Shown: piece after piece, positions 60,950 to 64,000 of the stretch | Numbering within the stretch: position 1 is the stretch's first letter | How the letters are laid out: every line of letters begins with the position of its first letter | NCBI RefSeq assembly: GCF_963676685.1 | Contig: NC_092346.1 | Coordinates: 20,584,001 to 20,648,000, forward strand | Direction of reading: 5' to 3' | DNA length: 64,000 nucleotides | From: Mytilus edulis | Lineage: Eukaryota | Notes under the pieces: model-generated | The model's input: only the letters and a program-made list of their open reading frames with translations | What the model was told of the DNA's origin: nothing | Databases searched by the model: none | Translations under genes and position numbers: made by a program

Positions 60950-62714
60950 ATAGACGTTACGCACGGTGTTCGGTTTAATAGTGGTAACCGCAATTGTCAC
61001 AATTTCTATCGAGACACTCAATTTTGTGATTTTTTTCATGAGATTCTTTCTTTCACAAAGTTGTGTTAATCAAATCTGAAAGCGTCTCGAATACCTTAAT
61101 CTGGATTGTATCGGCAACATCATGATTTGTCAAAACATTTTTTCTGAACTCCATGCATTTTTTGAAAATACTCCGGGCTTCTATATGGTATCAACAACAG
61201 CAAGTAGACCTGTCTTGTTGTCTAGCTGCTCTATCAAAGTATGATTTCAAGTTTTCAAACTTTCGCTGTTTAATTTTAATATCAGGATGTGTTGTTTAGA
61301 GTTCTAAAAAAGCTTCTGTTTGTGTTTCATTTAATACATGTATCATGTGGCTTGACTAAATGTGTGGTCCTAATCTTACGCGTTTTATGACTTTCTTGTG
61401 TCCGGTAGGTCGAGATATTGATGGAGAAAGCCAAAAGTCATAAACCGTTTTCTTTTCATCTTTAGACATTGCGTCAGATCTAGTTTTTCTTAAAGTATAC
61501 GTCCAACTTGATTTTTCAGTTTGTAGAACACGCGTTCTCGACTTTTGACCTTTTGCCAAAGTTTTTGCGGGTAGTCCTAAATTTCTGGCTACTTTTAGTT
61601 TCATTCTATTTTTTTGTACTTCGTTTCCATTTACAACTGAGGTTATAATAGATATCGTTTTTCGCGCATTGTCGCTTCTTTGTCCTTTTGAATGGTCTAG
61701 TGCAATTTTCATATCTTTAATGATTGATGAACCCCTATCGGACATTTCTCTCTGTTCTTTAGATGTTTATATTTGATGTTTCTGTAAAGTAACGACAGTT
61801 AGTGATATACTTGCACGTTTTATATGGATATAGGAAAATATCAAAGCTGCACGTTTTGTTGGGGTTCTTGGCAAAGTGTCCTTAATTTTTTTTCCAATGA
61901 CCTGCATTTTGACATTTTAGTATTAAAATAATTGTCAAGTTCCTCCTTTGAATAAGTCCTGACTAGCTCCTCCCAGCGTTTTTCCCTATGCTTTCTTACA
62001 TACTGTTTGTTTTTTTTTGCTATATTTTACTCTGTTTATGCCTTTGTTTTCATATGATAAGCGCCTTAGGGTTGAGACTAACATTTTTTTTCTTTTTTTT
62101 CGCCGACTAACATTATACTCATTTTTATGTTTTAGTTTTGAATTATATTTCTGTTGTTTACGCTTCTCGATTTTATTTTGTCTTACATCATAATATTCTT
62201 TCACTTTTAGTTTGAAAACTTGGTATTCGTTGACCCTGTACACTCATATCTTCCTAAAACAAAAAAGACAAGGTTTCTATTACTTCGGTTCTAAAAGCAA
62301 CTATCTAATGATATTTTTTTCATTACTTGCTCTTTACATGTTTTAGAATAAAAGTTGAATTTTCCGTGGCAGATGTATTAGACGGACTTGTATTCCATAC
62401 GATAAGATTGTTACGATATTTGCAAATATTATCTAAGTGTACATGCATGTAATAGTTGCCACTGAACTTACCACAAACAACAATTAAATGAGTAAATATG
62501 TAACGATAGTATTCCGATAGTAAAACTTTAATTAGTGAAAATACTTATCGTTTTTATGACGCACGCGAATTTTGATTTCAAAATGAACTCTGCATGGTAT
62601 TGTAATATTTTTTTTTGGAAAATATCAGATCGGAAATGTTCCTGTTTAATCATTAAAAGTGTTACGGGTCCATGAAGAACGGATATTTTTTCCAAGCGTC
62701 TTTTGTTCAAGCTC
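60950..62714 (-). mobile_element. Truncated, decayed DNA transposon (N-terminal transposase region; superfamily uncertain, possibly Sola2-like)
   Basis: Reads RKTRSDA..VYDFW...SRPTGHKK...HVLNETQTEAF...HPDIKIKQRKFENLKSYF..DRSTCCC*YHIE with stops and frameshifts. Possible GAG terminus at 62714; no matching second TIR found. Confidence 0.6.
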
Positions 62715-64000
62715 ATGTAACGTCGCGAACTTTCGTTATATCTCGGTTAGAAACTGCGGTTGTCTTTTTCACTGATACTTTATATATCGTTAATCTAATG
62801 CGATGTCAGAAGAAGAACTTTAAGCAGGTTAACAACGGAACAACAGAAACACCGAACGGCAACAAAAATAAACGTTAGCATACATAGAAACGAACTATTT
62901 GATAACAACTGCCATATTCCAAAATTGGTAGAGGAAATTTTAAGCAAATATAATGGGTTGAACCAGGTTTTATGGTTAGCCCAACCTCTCGCTTAAATGG
63001 CAATGTTAAAAATATATCGCTAAAATGGCAATATTACGTGACAGGAATACAGTAAAACCAAACGCAAAACACTCAGCACTGAAAAATGCATAACTACATA
63101 ATATAATTGTACATAAACACATGTATTACCAATAGAATGACATCAGCCACCTTCCTTTAACGATAGTATACATTTGTAGGACACCACAAATAGTGACGGA
63201 TTTTGTGACGTTTGTATAATCTTGAAATTCATAAAGTTATATGGAACAAGATGAAAAGAGTCATAATTATTTTCACAATTCGAGTCCAAATAATTATCAT
63301 GATTATGACGGTATGGAAAGACTATTTCAAATGCTGTGACGATGTGATCATTATTTAGACTAACACAATACTTTATCCACTGAAAATGGAAACCACTTTA
63401 ACATATACTGGAAAATAAGTCATATGTGAATACAAAATACAGAATTCAAACCACAAACGAAAAGACACAACACAACACACCATCCAATCGAATCCACAAA
63501 CAAAAACACAACAACCAAACACATGATTGCTGGATGTATAAACACTGAGACGTATCGAATAGCAATGCAAATTTACACTCTGCAAATCAGTCTCACGTGG
63601 GAATATGTCTCGTTCGGCACTCAGCTGACACAGGACATAAAGTCAAACCACAATCTCATTCAACAAAGATAAGTCATGTCTCAGTTATTAATACAACAGA
63701 ACGGACGTGCTCGGTCAGCTCCTATTTACCCGCTATCTACGATGTTGGTTTACTCTATGGTCGGGTTGTTGTCTCTTTGGCACATTCCCCATTTCCATTC
63801 TCAATTTTATTACTGATGGATGGCTCAACGACTTGCAGCTTTCGATGACAAATACCAATCTGCACATACAGTTTACATTCTTGCTTGTTTAAACACCCAC
63901 GCTAGCATTATGGATTGGCGATTGCTATGCCGACTTCTGTATCCTAGATGATAGATAATAAACCGCCATTTTACTGTCTAACGACTTTGGTCCTGATTAA

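Noticed and set aside
167-63892. Most 60-130 aa ORFs in the supplied track as standalone genes
   Set aside because: They are low-complexity F/I/L/K-rich translations of AT-rich introns and repeats, or antisense shadows of real exons, with no recognisable motifs or splice consistency.

Overview
AT-rich, intron-containing animal genomic DNA, most likely from a bivalve (Mytilus-like, inferred from the repeat families), with one assembly gap at 29508-29653. I reconstructed four spliced genes by hand from GT-AG boundaries and frame continuity. (1) An angiomotin-family gene on the minus strand that runs off the left edge and has two candidate alternative first exons. (2) A 189-aa N-myristoylated globin with atypical heme-pocket residues (minus, 34962-38256). 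(3 and 4) A tandem pair of secreted alpha/beta-hydrolase-fold genes on the plus strand. The first has an intact Ser-Asp-His triad. The second is an intact-ORF pseudoenzyme that has lost Ser and His and carries a duplicated, probably mutually exclusive exon 2. The non-coding space is dense with mobile DNA: a truncated Penelope-like (Naiad-type) retroelement with a canonical form-2 SECIS element in its 3' UTR, a tandem array and dispersed copies of type I hammerhead-ribozyme retrozymes, a Kolobok transposon with a decayed P2X7-ballast-like (KolX) ORF, several MITEs, a LINE 3' end, SINEs and minisatellites. Most entries in the supplied ORF track are spurious. All calls come from manual reading; no searches were run.
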